A DNA stretch of 64,000 bases, from the NCBI GenBank assembly GCA_030704615.1, contig CM060732.1, positions 47,430,001-47,494,000 on the forward strand, given 5' to 3'. The translations under genes were made by a program, and so were the position numbers. Positions 52,188-64,000 of this stretch are shown piece by piece. The notes beneath the pieces are model-generated. The model saw only the letters and a program-made list of their open reading frames with translations. It did not search any database and was not told where the DNA came from. This DNA comes from Takakia lepidozioides (Eukaryota > Plantae > Bryophyta). Position 1 is the stretch's first letter. Each line of letters starts with the position of its first letter.

Positions 52188-55100
52188 CTATATCTTCTTA
52201 TGAAAAGATGCACGATACTCAGCGTAATTGGTGGTCTTAAAAAGAGCGGGGTGGGTTTCATCAACAAGCTCTGGAGCTGGGCCGATGATGGCATCGGCAT
52301 TTGGACTCAAGAAAGTCGCCATTGACAGGCGGGTTGCACCTTGATTTGTCACTGCCCGATGCTCCACACTGTGAAATTTGTTGTTGCTCACTATCTGACC
52401 ACCAAATTAGTCCCCAACCTCGTCAGTAACAGTTCTGGAAGTACATATTGGCAGTGGTTAACAAAATGTCCACCTTAGCGGAGCCTTTAATAGAAGAAAG
52501 AGATTATTTGAAACTCAGTGGTGGGACTTCATGTGGAAAACTGCTACAGAGGTGGGCAGAGCCCTCCCACCCATAGTCCTCACAATCGTGCTGGCCACAA
52601 GCTACTTCTGCAGTTTTCCTCTACACAGGGTGCATGACAATAGAAGTACCACAACGACTCATCTTACATCTTAGTGTAGGTACAAAGCTACAGTAGCACT
52701 TGCTAGAATTGCGATGATTCATTCTCGTCTAATTTCTATTGACGCCTTACATTAACACTCAAAGCTATGTAACCAAACTGTCATTTGGCTGGCCCTATGA
52801 CGTCGTCACATAGAACAGCAAAGGATGATTTACCTGTACTTGATCACCCAGATTGACAACAAGGGCATTTGGCACAGGGGTAACTCCAACCCACTTGTGG
52901 TCCTTCTTCACTTGGAGCCCACCTATCTCATCTTGGTACAACACTGTCAGAACCATTGGGTCTGAGTGAGGCCTCAAACCCAGGACTAGATCTGGCTGGG
53001 GGCATGGTGGGTAGAAGTTCAACCGTATATTCAGCATAGGATCACCGAATACTTCCTTCAGATATGTTCGCTGTAATCCAAGCAGTAGGGAGAGAGCCTC
53101 CAGTATCCTGTATGTCAATTTCAAAATTTCGCCTCCATATTTGTCCATTACTTCCCTGCGTGTGTTTCCACGAGTCATTCAAACTATGAGATTTGCATTT
53201 TGGCAGGGTAGAAGGGGGAAAGTTGTTTTGGGGCGAAAATGAGGGTACTGATCACAAGACAGTTTCACCTACATGGGTTGATGGACTTCCCCAAATGCAG
53301 ATCACTTCCCCCCCCCACACACACTCCCCACTTTCTTGAATCTCTTGACCTTTGTTTTAGGGCTGCTTGTTGAGGACCCCACATTATTATATTCTTCCTT
53401 ATCTTGCTTTCTTTTATCCCATAAGCTCTTCGAGCTTTTTGTGGACGTTAGAAAAATCCCTTAGGGCATCGGGAAGGCTTAGGGTGGACTCCCACATCCT
53501 GTGGATAGAGACTGGTAGGTGACGACCTATGCCCCGCTTGCGCTAGGAACAACTGATAAGCCTGAAGTGAAGAACACTTCTTCTTTCATTGTCCTTTCTA
53601 TTATGAGATCCTACTATGATATTCTATTGTATGTTCCATAATAGCCAATCTCGCATGGAGGTCTTCCATTATGAGGATCAGAAGTGCTTTAGCAACTTAA
53701 CTGCATTAGGTGTGACTCTTAGACAATCACTGGAGCAATGGTTGTTTTTGGGATGCTTATGGAGGGCCCCTGTCTCTTTCTTGTTTCTTGCTTCATTAAG
53801 TACCGTTTCATTTCATCTCTTCCTAGCTTCCCTCACACACTTGGGGCAAAGGTTGACATCATTGACGTGTTGGTGAGACAATAAGTGCCTAACAAATTAT
53901 AGTATACAATATTTATTAGGTTTACAGTTTTGCAAAAGTCTCTTTAACCACACACTTGACTGTTCACAGAGATTCTCACTGCAGTTGTATTTTGTATGCT
54001 AGGACAGCTATCTACGACAAACCATCATATAGACACCAACATGATCCAGCTCAGGCTTATTGGAGATGCTTATCAAGCTTAGACAAATGTATGGACATAA
54101 AGGCAATAATACCTGTATGCCTCAGGCTTGCAAGGCCACCAATCCATATTCTTGTGGGAGAGGGGAAGGAAGTAGTGGAAAAGTAGATCATGCCAATCCA
54201 GTGTTGTATTCTCCGACTGTCGAGAGTGCCGGCCATAGCCTTGTGGGACCAACATGTTGGGGTCCATGGTCAATTTCTTCTTTTCCTCCAGGGGCAAGTC
54301 AAAGAATTGCCTGGACACCCTGTACGCCTCTTGAACCAATGACAAGGGAATTCCATGGTTGACAACCTGCACAACAGGAAGTGACTATATTAGTCCGATT
54401 TGGTTAAAGCTTGGCATCTGAGTCCTCCATCTGGAACGTTTCAGAGTACTGGAACTGCTACTCTTTCTGTATCATCATTTTTTAATATTCTTTGATATTG
54501 TCTCTCAGTCACTCAATCTGACAATTATGCTAGTAGCCAACTTATAGAGAAAAGCCGAAAATGGGCTCTTGCTGGTTGAAGTAGACCGTTGCAGTTCCAT
54601 TTTTCATTCCATTCTGGGCAGTTGTATCCTTTGCCAAATGTCAGCCAACAGAATGTACGTTGTTTGCCGTAGCATGTGTGGCCATTGACCCGCGCCCAGT
54701 TTGAGCGGAACACAAAGGGACAGAACCTATCTCTGTCAGATCTGACGTCGGTAGTTTGATTTAATTTGAACATTGATCCGGGTTTTCTAGATATCCTCTA
54801 GAAATCCCTTCACACAAGCATCAATCTGTTGTGTGTGGTTTGCCCCAATAACTAGGCCCCAGAAGGGCATGGGCTTTTGCCTTGAGACTTTCAAAGTTGG
54901 TAAACAAAGGTACAGACACAATTCCCTTGATAGATTTGAGGAGAGCGTCTCTGTGGTGAGAGAACCCCAGACACATCAAAATGAACATTGTCTTCGAGTT
55001 GCCCCCACAACGGGCAATTGCACTCTCCCTTTCCTATCTGCTTCTGTTTGCTGTTCAAAGGTAGGCCCTTCCTACCCTGAGTTTAAATTTCAGTCTGGTG

Positions 55101-57375
55101 CCGAGAGTGGGTAGACCCTTGAGGTCATCCATGGTGGGGGATGAGCGGTGGTGAGCGGGTGAGCGGGTGAGCATGTGAGCGGCCAAATGTTTTTAAGTTT
55201 CGACATGAGAATCTAACCGAACTTGTAGGTTCGGCAAGATTTGTAGGTTCGGCACCAATAATATGGCTTCGGGTATAGGCTTGGTTTAGGTTCGGGAATA
55301 GGCTTAGGCTTGATTCTCCGGCAAACCACACAATGATCGTACAATATGTGGTTCACTGGAGAACTACATGATGCCGAACCTAATCCCGATCCAAACTCCA
55401 ACCCTAACAAAATACAAAAATAAATGCTCATATGTATAAATTAATGTGAGCATATAAATTTATTGTATCTAAAAATCTTAAATTATGCTCATATAATATT
55501 CACTTTTGATTTAATGCTCACCAAAATTTTGGTCTGATCACCTGCTCACCCACTCACCTGCTCATTAACTATCAAAACCCATCCATGATTTCCTCCCCCA
55601 TGTCACAGACTGGAAACAAGTTCAGGGAAGTTTTCTGCCTAACTTCATTTTCATCAAACAATTTTCTGGAAACAGACATGGCTTTGGACACTACAGCCTC
55701 TAAGTCATATTTATCCAGCAGGGTCAAGACTTGGGGATCCAGATTCCTGAGAATCTCTTCTACTCTCTTTTGCCATGACTTAGCATGTTTTCATAGAACG
55801 GTCTTGTTTCGCTTAACTTATGATATCTGGTGTGGACATGTGTTGCCACCATCTGACCTTGAATTCATCTCGTCGGGAGCTTAAGGAGGGATGCCAAACT
55901 CACCCCGACAACTCACCACATCTTTCCCTTGATCCCACAAGACCAGAGGCGGAGCCATAGAGCATCTCTCCACACTGTGTCATAAGCCTTCTTGACATCT
56001 ATGAAAAGAAACATAAGTGGCTTTCCCTTCTTTTTTCCTTCCTTGGTTCATCGATCTACACAGCCCCTGTTTTGCCGAAAGCCAGCTTGGCCTTCGTGGA
56101 AACAACCTCTAGATTCCAGATCAACCTTGAGACGAGTACTTAATACTTAAAATAACTCTGTAAAATATCTTGCCAACAACATTGAGGAGCGTGATGCCAC
56201 GGTAATTCCCCGGTTCTTCTCTGTCACCCTTCTTGTATAGATTGACATTAATGACCCTGTCGCCAACTAAAGGGAACCATTTCAGTCTTCCAAATAAGGT
56301 TAAAGAGTAGAACTAGGGCCTCTCTCATGGGATCGCCACCGTGCTTGATAAGCTCGTTGACAATGCCATCAGGTCTACCAGCTTTATATCCGTTTAAATG
56401 CTCAATTATGTCAGCCAACAGACTCATTGAGTACGAGGAACTCTGCAGAACCCCTAGAGACATGATATCTTACTGACAAGAACATCTGACATGCACTTGA
56501 AATGTTGGTTACAAACATCAGCCGTTAATGCTGGAAATGAGGAAAAAGAGAAAAAAAAACAAACATTGTTACTTGAAAGATACAGATTGACGTCACTCTC
56601 AATCTTCTATCCTAAAGGCATCCTTATCTCGTCCATTTGCTCAGATAGAGGCATGAGGATTTTCTGAAGATTAGTGTTAGACCATTAGAAACAGGTATTT
56701 TTAAGATTAGCATTAGAGCTGTTACTTAGAGCTTCATCGTGGTGAACTAAGTGGATACATCAAAACAACAATGTTGAATACCTCGTTCTAGGGCAACTGC
56801 TGGGGAGGGATTCAGACATAAAATTTTCAGACAGCTTGAATCAAGCCTGATACTGAACGCCAGATCTACAATCTGCTTAGGAACGCATCCACATAATTAT
56901 CAGAGCCATGTTGTCCACTAACTTCAAGGCCTTGCAATGTGAGCAGTCTAGACGCGTGCTACCATTCAGGATATCTGGAAAACTCGGATCAATTGTTTGT
57001 TCCAAGGTAAGTCATACTACCGGCGCAGCCCTGACAAAGGTAGTTTCTTGACCAAAATTTGAGAGAAGCCTGATCGATGGAAGCCACAAATCTATCTGCC
57101 AATGAACTAGTCTTAGCCGCAGCTTGAATGTCCGTACGCACCTGGAAAAAGCCCCATTCCTCACAAGCGCCGGCAATGGCAGCCATGGTGGCCTCCCTTC
57201 GATCGTCGTCCAAGCCTGCCAGATCAATCATAGGAATTGCATCGTTGAAGTCATCGTGCGGTGTGATTGTGTTTCGCTCGTGCGATGAGCGGATGAAGGA
57301 GGAAGGCACAGATCCCGTGCACGATTCCGACAGGGCTTGCACATTGTACTCTTCTACATCACCTGCTACCTCCAT
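52188..57375 (-). CDS. 2-oxoglutarate/Fe(II) dioxygenase (DOXC class; ANS/FLS/JOX-like), 4 exons, ~338 aa
   Basis: Exons 57375-57142, 54366-54113, 53155-52834 and 52394-52188 join in phase via GT-AG. Motifs: IPMIDL, ACEEWGFFQVVNHG, NFYPPCPQPD, HSD, HRA, RLS. Confidence 0.93.
53400..53820 (+). mobile_element. Two abutting 3'-end fragments of the RTEX-like LINE in intron 2
   Basis: The 3' hairpin ataagctcttcgagctt is followed by degenerate SH.L.IETG...EEHFFFHC and a tttcatttca tail. Confidence 0.75.
55128..55587. mobile_element. MITE-like element with inverted GGTGAGC subterminal repeats
   Basis: CATGGTGGGG...(GGTGAGCG)n at the left end and (CTCACC)n...CCCATCCATG at the right; TSD not clean. 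Confidence 0.45.
55590..56450 (-). mobile_element. Old LINE RT fragment in intron 1
   Basis: KAGRPDGIVNELIK...LFNLIW; LYKKGDREEPGNYRGITLL; EGQAGFR. Confidence 0.8.
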
Positions 57376-57941
57376 ATCGAACTCGGACAAAACGACTCTC
57401 CTAACCTTGCTTAAGTCCAATGTCTAGGAACTGTACAGTGTATCTGCAGAGAGACCAAAGTGTCGGACAACACCTCCGCAGCGATCGAATAAGTTTGAAG
57501 GTAAAAAACTACTAGCGAATTTATGCCTTGAAGATGGCTTAAGCCTAGAACATACACTAGGCTAGTGTGTGTAATATACACATGAGTGTGCACGGACTCT
57601 GCCTCCATTTTATACATTGGAACGCGGGCCCTCCGTTGTCAGCACACTTGACCAACAACTCCTAGCGCGACATGCTAGGCCTACCCCCGCATCATCCTCA
57701 TCGTCCTCGTCTCGCAACGACCTTGCACTAAAGGACTCAAACTGAAGAGGAGTTTCTCCAATGTGCCGACTCATCTCTCCAATTTTGCCACCTCGGCGGA
57801 CAAAACAAAGCAAATTTGGGGCCACGGTAGTACTTGGCCCCCAATCTTCTCCACTGGACAAAACCTAACGAAGCCTGTCAACAACTCTCTTCGCGCCTCT
57901 TTCTCTGCACCCTGTACCTTTACCATAGTAGCGTGAAGCAT

Positions 57942-58108
57942 GAATCGAGAAGATTTCTTTTTTAAAGAAGATGACAACGACTTTGGAAGTCAAGTTTCGT
58001 AAGGCTCTTTCAACCCCGATCACGACAGAAGAGAGAGAAGACTCCAATTGTGAAACTTGATTTCCAAAGTCGTTGTCATCTTCTTGAAAAAAGAAATCTT
58101 CTCGATTC
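57942..58108. repeat. Near-perfect 57-bp inverted repeat with a 53-nt loop
   Basis: Arms 57942-57998 and 58052-58108 differ at about 2 positions. Confidence 0.9.
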
Positions 58109-58199
58109 TCCTTTTCCTAAAATATAACTTCTTTTGGATGGGTATATATATATATAATATAGACGCCTCCCGAAGGGAGCGTAAATTATGGTGTCTCTT

Positions 58200-58310
58200 C
58201 ACCACAAGGGCTATTGCCTTCCAACTGAAAGGTGGACACCTTCATGACACACCAGACCGTGGTTTGAACCCACAACCATATCCAACATGGTATATTACCA
58301 CTGGGCTACA
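58200..58310 (-). mobile_element. tRNA-derived SINE-like element
   Basis: The minus strand reads TAGCCCAGTGGTAA (A box) ... GGGTTCAAACC (B box). Confidence 0.55.
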
Positions 58311-61189
58311 TGCTGGTTGTCTTTGGATGGAAATCAAGAGCAATCAGTAAGGCTGCGGGCCCGCTGTAGGAAAGGACAAAGGTGTGAGTGCCGTGAAACT
58401 GGATCACCCCTTGTGAACGTGAAGGGACGTCTTTTTTGCACCTCTTCACAAGGGGCGATTCCGCGGGGGCGCCCCTTAGGGAATATGCTATTTCGACCAA
58501 TAGCGCTTCCTTAATCCACGGGGCGCTTGCAGCTGCCCATGGAACCCGGCTTTAAGATCGTAAGGTCCCGACCTTGTTGGCCTGACATTGCGCCAGTCTC
58601 CGGATAAGATCCCCCAAAATACAAAGGGAATAGACCCATAGGATTTTACGTCGCGCGTAATTCCGGCCGAGCAGAATGCCATTGACCAAGATGGCCAGGT
58701 GCTGCGTAAGGTTCCGCTGAGATATTATGCTTTTTAATAGCATGGTAAGTACAAGGAAAAAATTACGTCAGGGCTTTATCCACGACGTTAAGGATTTTGC
58801 CTGCCTAGTATGGCGATTTGGAGGAGGATTAAAAAGTAGAATTCTAAGCCTATTGCCACTAGCACATTATGAAACATGTTTGATTAGAACTTTCAAGCCA
58901 ATGAGAGGGCAATCCTTAATGGTAGGGAATGGGCCTAAGTAAGGTCCCACCCAAGGTTCTTTTATTGGCTCCTTCCCTTAAGGAGAGACCACACATTGGT
59001 GCCAAAACCAAGAACGATCCTAATGTACCTCCCTCAGAGAAGCCTATAAAGCCACTCCCTCATATAAAACATATTTGAGAGGTGGATGAAAGGTATTTGT
59101 TATGTGGACAGAATAAAAGAAAAAGACCCAAAAGAAAAGCCCATCATAGTCGAATGAGATATAAGAGAAATGTATGAAATAAAACATATGTTTAAAAAGA
59201 GACATAATACTCATATAATATAATATAATATATGTATTATACCGAACTGACCTAGCTGATTAGGCACTTCCGTGCCTAATAATTAGTAAAAATATAATAT
59301 TATTAGGCAGATTCGTTTTTATTATTTAGGCTCCTCACCTAGGTAATTTCCAAACATTAGGCATGTGTTAGAGTCGACGGTCGACCCTGGATAAATAATG
59401 AACAATTATTTTTGACCTCCCTCAAAAACTATTGTTGAGGTCATTTTCTTTTTAGAAAAACATAATGGTCTTGAGAATAGATATTACCTCAACAATTGTT
59501 TTGACCTCCCTTCAAAACTATTGTTGAGGTAATTTTCTTTAAAAAAACATAATGTTTGATATGTAATAAAAGAATGGCTGCAGTGAAGGCTGTATGTACT
59601 AAACCCTAAACCTTTCCAACTGTTTTTTTTGTTTTTTTGCCTATACCTAAACATTCCGAACAACCCTATTTCTCTTTGCTTGTGTTTTTCACAATTTTCG
59701 AGCAATTAGGCACTTCTCAGGAAATTTTTCCAAGTTTTAGGCACATTTTTCAAAAATGTTATAGATTTAATTAGGCACTTGATTTTGAATTAATTATTGC
59801 ATAATAAGGTGGCTTAGTATGGTATGTTGGATTTGAAGGGTAAGGATAATGCATGTGCACTCAAGCTATTGATTGCTAATGATTGTGAGACTTGTGAATA
59901 TTCTAGCGACGACCTAAGGTCGGAAGCTAGTTTAGCGTGGAGCAGGAATAGGGTGCCCTAGTGCCACATCATCATTGCCATTGTATTTTGTGGACTTGCT
60001 GGTTGTATTTACATCAGCAGGTGGTCTTTTTCATAGCCTTAGTAACTAGATTGTAGGCAAACACCTCTTCAAGAGGATAATTGGGTCGGCAATGAGGCTT
60101 AGCTTTTGCTCTACTATGTCACAACTACATTGAGGTGGTGACTATTAGTAATTAATAAACAGTAGCTGTATTAGATGGGGAGTGTGTCAACAACTAATTG
60201 ACAAGCTCATCGCATGTCATGTTCCCAGTTTCAAGCCTACATGTCAGCAAAATTTGGTCTTCTTGTTGTAATCCATAAGGCCAGGTTCACAATCACACCT
60301 CTGCCAGCTAATCCCTGTTGGAGTGGTAGTAGGGTTGAGTCTTCTACATTTGTCAAGTGGGGATGCTTATGTGTGTTCAGGATATGACAAATTCTATCCA
60401 AAGAACAAGAAAGATCTTCCCGAGGGCAGAAATCAGAGTCAAAGAATTGTAAGGGATGTGTAGCTTTGAAGCCTGCTGTGATGTCTCAGATTTTGGATCT
60501 TCTAACAGTACATTGAAACATGTTAAACCCTTGGTCTTAGTGTCAAGGAAATTACCTCATAACTGCCTACTTTGCAACATGGTTTGCTACTCGAACCGTC
60601 ATTGGGCAACAGCCTACACGCATCATATCCTTACATATACTAGAGGATCTGAAGCAAATGAGAATAAGCTGACCCATTCACGCCAAGATCCTTCACTCAA
60701 ATGTAATGAAACAATCCCAACTACTTCATCCAGTTCCTCATCCTTGCTCTCTTTTGCCAGTTATAATAGTGCAACTCACATGACAGCTGAAATAACCAAT
60801 CTTTAATGGGTAGCAATGCAAGAATTCTTACACACAGAATTTGGCAGTTGCAGTCACTGATTGCAACGGGTGCTGCCACAGTTGCCATTCTAACCACTCT
60901 CTCCATTGGCCGCAGCGACACCCAACAGGTATCCATCTGTCTTTCTAAGTGTTGTGGCATTCCATCAAAGAACTCCACCAAATAGTGACTACAATCTAGT
61001 TCTAAGAGTTACATGTGGAAACTACATCTTGTTGGTCGATATGAATATATGCTTAAGCTTCTATGTGCAGAGAGTAAAAATGAGCCCTTTCCAGGACATT
61101 AAGCCAAGAATGTCTCCTGCTCACTCGCATCTCCCTCTGTAAGTCAGCCCACTTTTAATTCCCACATTCCATGTTGTCTTTCTACAAGC

Positions 61190-62770
61190 AGATCAACTTC
61201 CAGAGTTTAAGAACAAGCTGCTGGGGCCAAGCCTGGTTGACCGAATCGAAGTCACAAATAAAAGTCTTGCAAAGGTGTATGTCCGGCCTGGGCCTTCCCA
61301 GTCTTCCCAAGGGGCACGAGGGGGCGGTGGGTCTGATGAAATGCAGATTGACACCCAGCCACAGGGTAGCCATTGGGGCAGCCAGTACAAGTATTACTTC
61401 AACATTGGGAGTATTGAGTCCTTTGAGCGTAAGCTGGAGGATGCACAAGATGTGCTAGGGGTCAACCCTCATAACTATGTCCCAGTTACATGTGTCAGAA
61501 ATGAGCTGGCAGCAGGAACTCCTTCGATTGGCCCCCACGATCTTGTTGATTGCAGGATATATCTACTTTACACGACGGATGCAAGGAGGATTTGGAATTG
61601 GCGGAGGATCTGGAGGGGGTGGACGTGGGATTTTCAATGTGGGCGAGGCTCAAGTGACTAAGCAAAAAGGCCAAAGATAAGGTTGGTTATGACAACTAGA
61701 AAGTTTGGGCAAGACGGGGGTATCTGCCAAGCTTGTTCATCCTAGAACATTGAAGTAATATACGATATGAAGCAAATTGAGACAAGTGGAGGGATAGCTT
61801 TTTATGGGGTTATAACTGACTACCTTGGAGGGAGGATGAAGAGACAGATCAGACGTCATGAGGCATATGGGGGATAAGACGACTGCTCGTTGTGTTTGTA
61901 TGACAATAGGAAGGAGAACAAACTTGGGTGGAGGGAAGTATTTCTAGTGAGAACAGACTTCTTAAAAGAGGTTAAATCTCGTTGGTGGGACGACGTAGCA
62001 CGTACGGTGACGAGGCCAAACAGGAAATTATGGAGTTTGTGCACTTCTTGAAGAATCCTAAAAAGTATCAAGAACTTGGTGCTAAAATCCCCAAGTGAGC
62101 TCTCCTGGTTGGTCCACCTGGCACTGGCAAAACACTCCTTGCCAAGGGTACTACTGGTGAAGCAGGGGTTCCATTCCTCTCGATCAGTGGGTCAGATTTT
62201 ATGGAAATCTTTGTAGGAGTGGGACCCTCACGCGTAAGAGACTTGTTTGCTCAAGCATGGCAGTCAAGTCCCAGTATTATCTTTATTGATGAAATTGATG
62301 CATTTGGCCGCGCCAGAGGGAGGGGTGGGTTTGCAGGAGCCAGCGATGAGAGGGAGAGCACTCTTAATCAGCTACTAGTTGAAATGGATCATGGGTTTGG
62401 AACAACTACTGGGGTGGTGGTCCTTGCTGGCACCAATAGGCCTGATATCCTGGACAAGGCACTGCTGCAACCAGGCTGTTTTGACCGTCAGATTTCAATT
62501 GATCGCCCTGACATCAATGGTCGAGAACAGATCTTTAGAATCTATCTTTAAAAACTGAAGCTTGATCAGGACCCTGTTTACTACTCGGCGTTCGCAACGA
62601 ATGGCAGCTTTGACCCTTGGATTTGCAGGAGCTCATGACATTGCTATTGTGTATGAGGCTACACTAATCTGTGCAAGGCATGAAGGGACTGTCATCACCA
62701 TGGTGCATTTTGAGGCCGCGATTCATCCCCGATTGATCGAATCATTGGTGGCCCTAAGAAGAAGATGCGG
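61190..62770 (+). pseudogene. Truncated mitochondrial m-AAA protease (FtsH3/FtsH10, AFG3-like) pseudogene
   Basis: [75 protein letters not shown]. In-frame stops and frameshifts; no protease domain. Confidence 0.9.
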
Positions 62771-62859
62771 GTGGGTATTTCCTCTTGCATATTTTGTCTT
62801 TTCATTGTAACGGGGAGTAGCAATACTCTCTCTCTCTCTCTTTAAACTCAGGGCGGGAA

Positions 62860-63140
62860 GCCTACCTTTGAACAACAAATAGAAGCAGAGAGGAAAGGGA
62901 GGGTGCAATTGCCTGTTGTGTGGGCAACCTGCAGACAATATTCATATTCTGATTCATTGTCCGGGGTTCTCTCACCAGAGACATGCTCTCATCAAATCTA
63001 TCAAGGGAATTGTGCTTATACCTTGTTTACCAACTTTGAAAGTCTTGAGTCTGAGCCAAAAGCCCAAGCCTTTTTGGGGCCTAGTTATTGGACAAACCAC
63101 ACACACCAGGTTGATGCTTGTGTAAAGGGATTTCTAGAGG
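62860..63140 (+). mobile_element. L1-like 3' zinc-finger remnant
   Basis: CLLCGQPADNIHILIHC. Confidence 0.4.
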
Positions 63141-63339
63141 ATATCTGGAAAACCCGGATCAATTGTTTATTCCAAGGTATTCTTACTACCCGCGTCAGCG
63201 CCTAACAAAGGTAGGTTCTATCCCTTTGTGTTTCGCTCAAGCTGGGCGCGGGGTCAATGGCCACAAGGCTACGGCAAAGAACGTCTTATAAGTACATTCT
63301 CTCTCTCTCTCTCTCTCCCCACACAAGCCTTCTCTTTTT

Positions 63340-63702
63340 TTCCCCAGAAAAGTGGTTAAATAATTGGCTTAAAAGTGGACACAAGGAGAAACAGCAATAT
63401 CTGAACAATCTAACGCCAAAAACTCTGGGCTCAATATCTACCAACGTGAAAGGGCAAAAACAAGTGACAACGAGATATACAAAACCATAGAGGTGCTGAA
63501 TGAAAATGGACAGCAAATGAATGTAGATTCCATACATTCAGGGGATCTTGTTGCCATCAAGTGCAACATCAAATATTGGATGAACTTCCGTCATAAAAAA
63601 CACGGACTTTCGTTCCAACGCAAAGGGGTCAAATTGTTGGCCCGAGCACCAAAGGACATAGAATCTAAAGACGATAAGTGGAGCAAAAACATAGTTTGGT
63701 AG
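63340..63702 (+). other. Intronless ORF fragment resembling viral OB-fold ssDNA-binding proteins
   Basis: EVLNENGQQMNVDSIHSGDLVAIKCNIKYW...KHGLSFQRKGVKLL. Confidence 0.35.
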
Positions 63703-64000
63703 CGTAACAAACACCTGCAAACCTTTGAAACCAAATATCAATATACATCTTTATCAAGACCATTCTTTTTATCAGTCTATCTCCTGATGAAGACACCAGC
63801 AGGAAAGTCGAGGGGGATGGTGCCTTCGATCACATCCAGCTCCACGCGTTTCCCCAATTCTGCTACAGGGCCGAAATTATCATGTGGCATCAACACCCGA
63901 AGACTTCACAAAGGGAAACAGGATCATGTTTCATTATGAGGCTACTATCAGAGCTGAATTATCAGGTTTAAATATTGGGCCGCGGAGATCTGTAGCTGTG

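Noticed and set aside
133-57375. Biosynthetic gene cluster (FAD oxidoreductase, CCD, OMT, 2OGD)
   Set aside because: The OMT is TE cargo and the CCD is a 3' remnant; only the 2OGD looks intact.
58022-58041. cgacagaagagagagaagac resembles miR156/529
   Set aside because: Low-complexity purine run in the hairpin loop with no star-strand pairing.
59240-59790. TTAGGCA-rich AT segment with a ~60-bp direct duplication
   Set aside because: Probably a decayed non-autonomous TE; no termini or TSD found, and it is not a telomeric array.

Overview
Eukaryotic, intron-containing, TE-dense plant DNA. A non-seed land plant is my inference from the TE families. Host genes: the 5' part of an FAD-oxidoreductase gene (minus strand, runs off the left edge), orphan 3' exons of a carotenoid cleavage dioxygenase, an apparently intact 4-exon 2OG/Fe(II) dioxygenase, and an FtsH3/10-like pseudogene. 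The rest is nested mobile DNA. In the first nest, a RNaseH+REL non-LTR fragment abuts a Ty3/gypsy element, which carries a 10.8-kb Mutator-like element (7254-18018; short TIRs, 8-bp TSD ATACTTCT). Tandem RTEX-like LINEs follow. In the second nest, an endonuclease-encoding Helitron (Helentron) is split by a 13.7-kb Pack-MULE that itself holds two CACTA elements with captured gene fragments. The standout is the Mutator-like element. Besides a decayed MULE/SWIM transposase it encodes, divergently, a spliced gene with a prokaryote-type beta-class N4C/N6A DNA-methyltransferase-like domain. Its non-coding parts are filled with arrays of one GGCGCC-centred palindrome. This is a candidate transposon-encoded epigenetic self-marking or anti-silencing system. 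All family assignments come from motifs read by eye; no searches were run.
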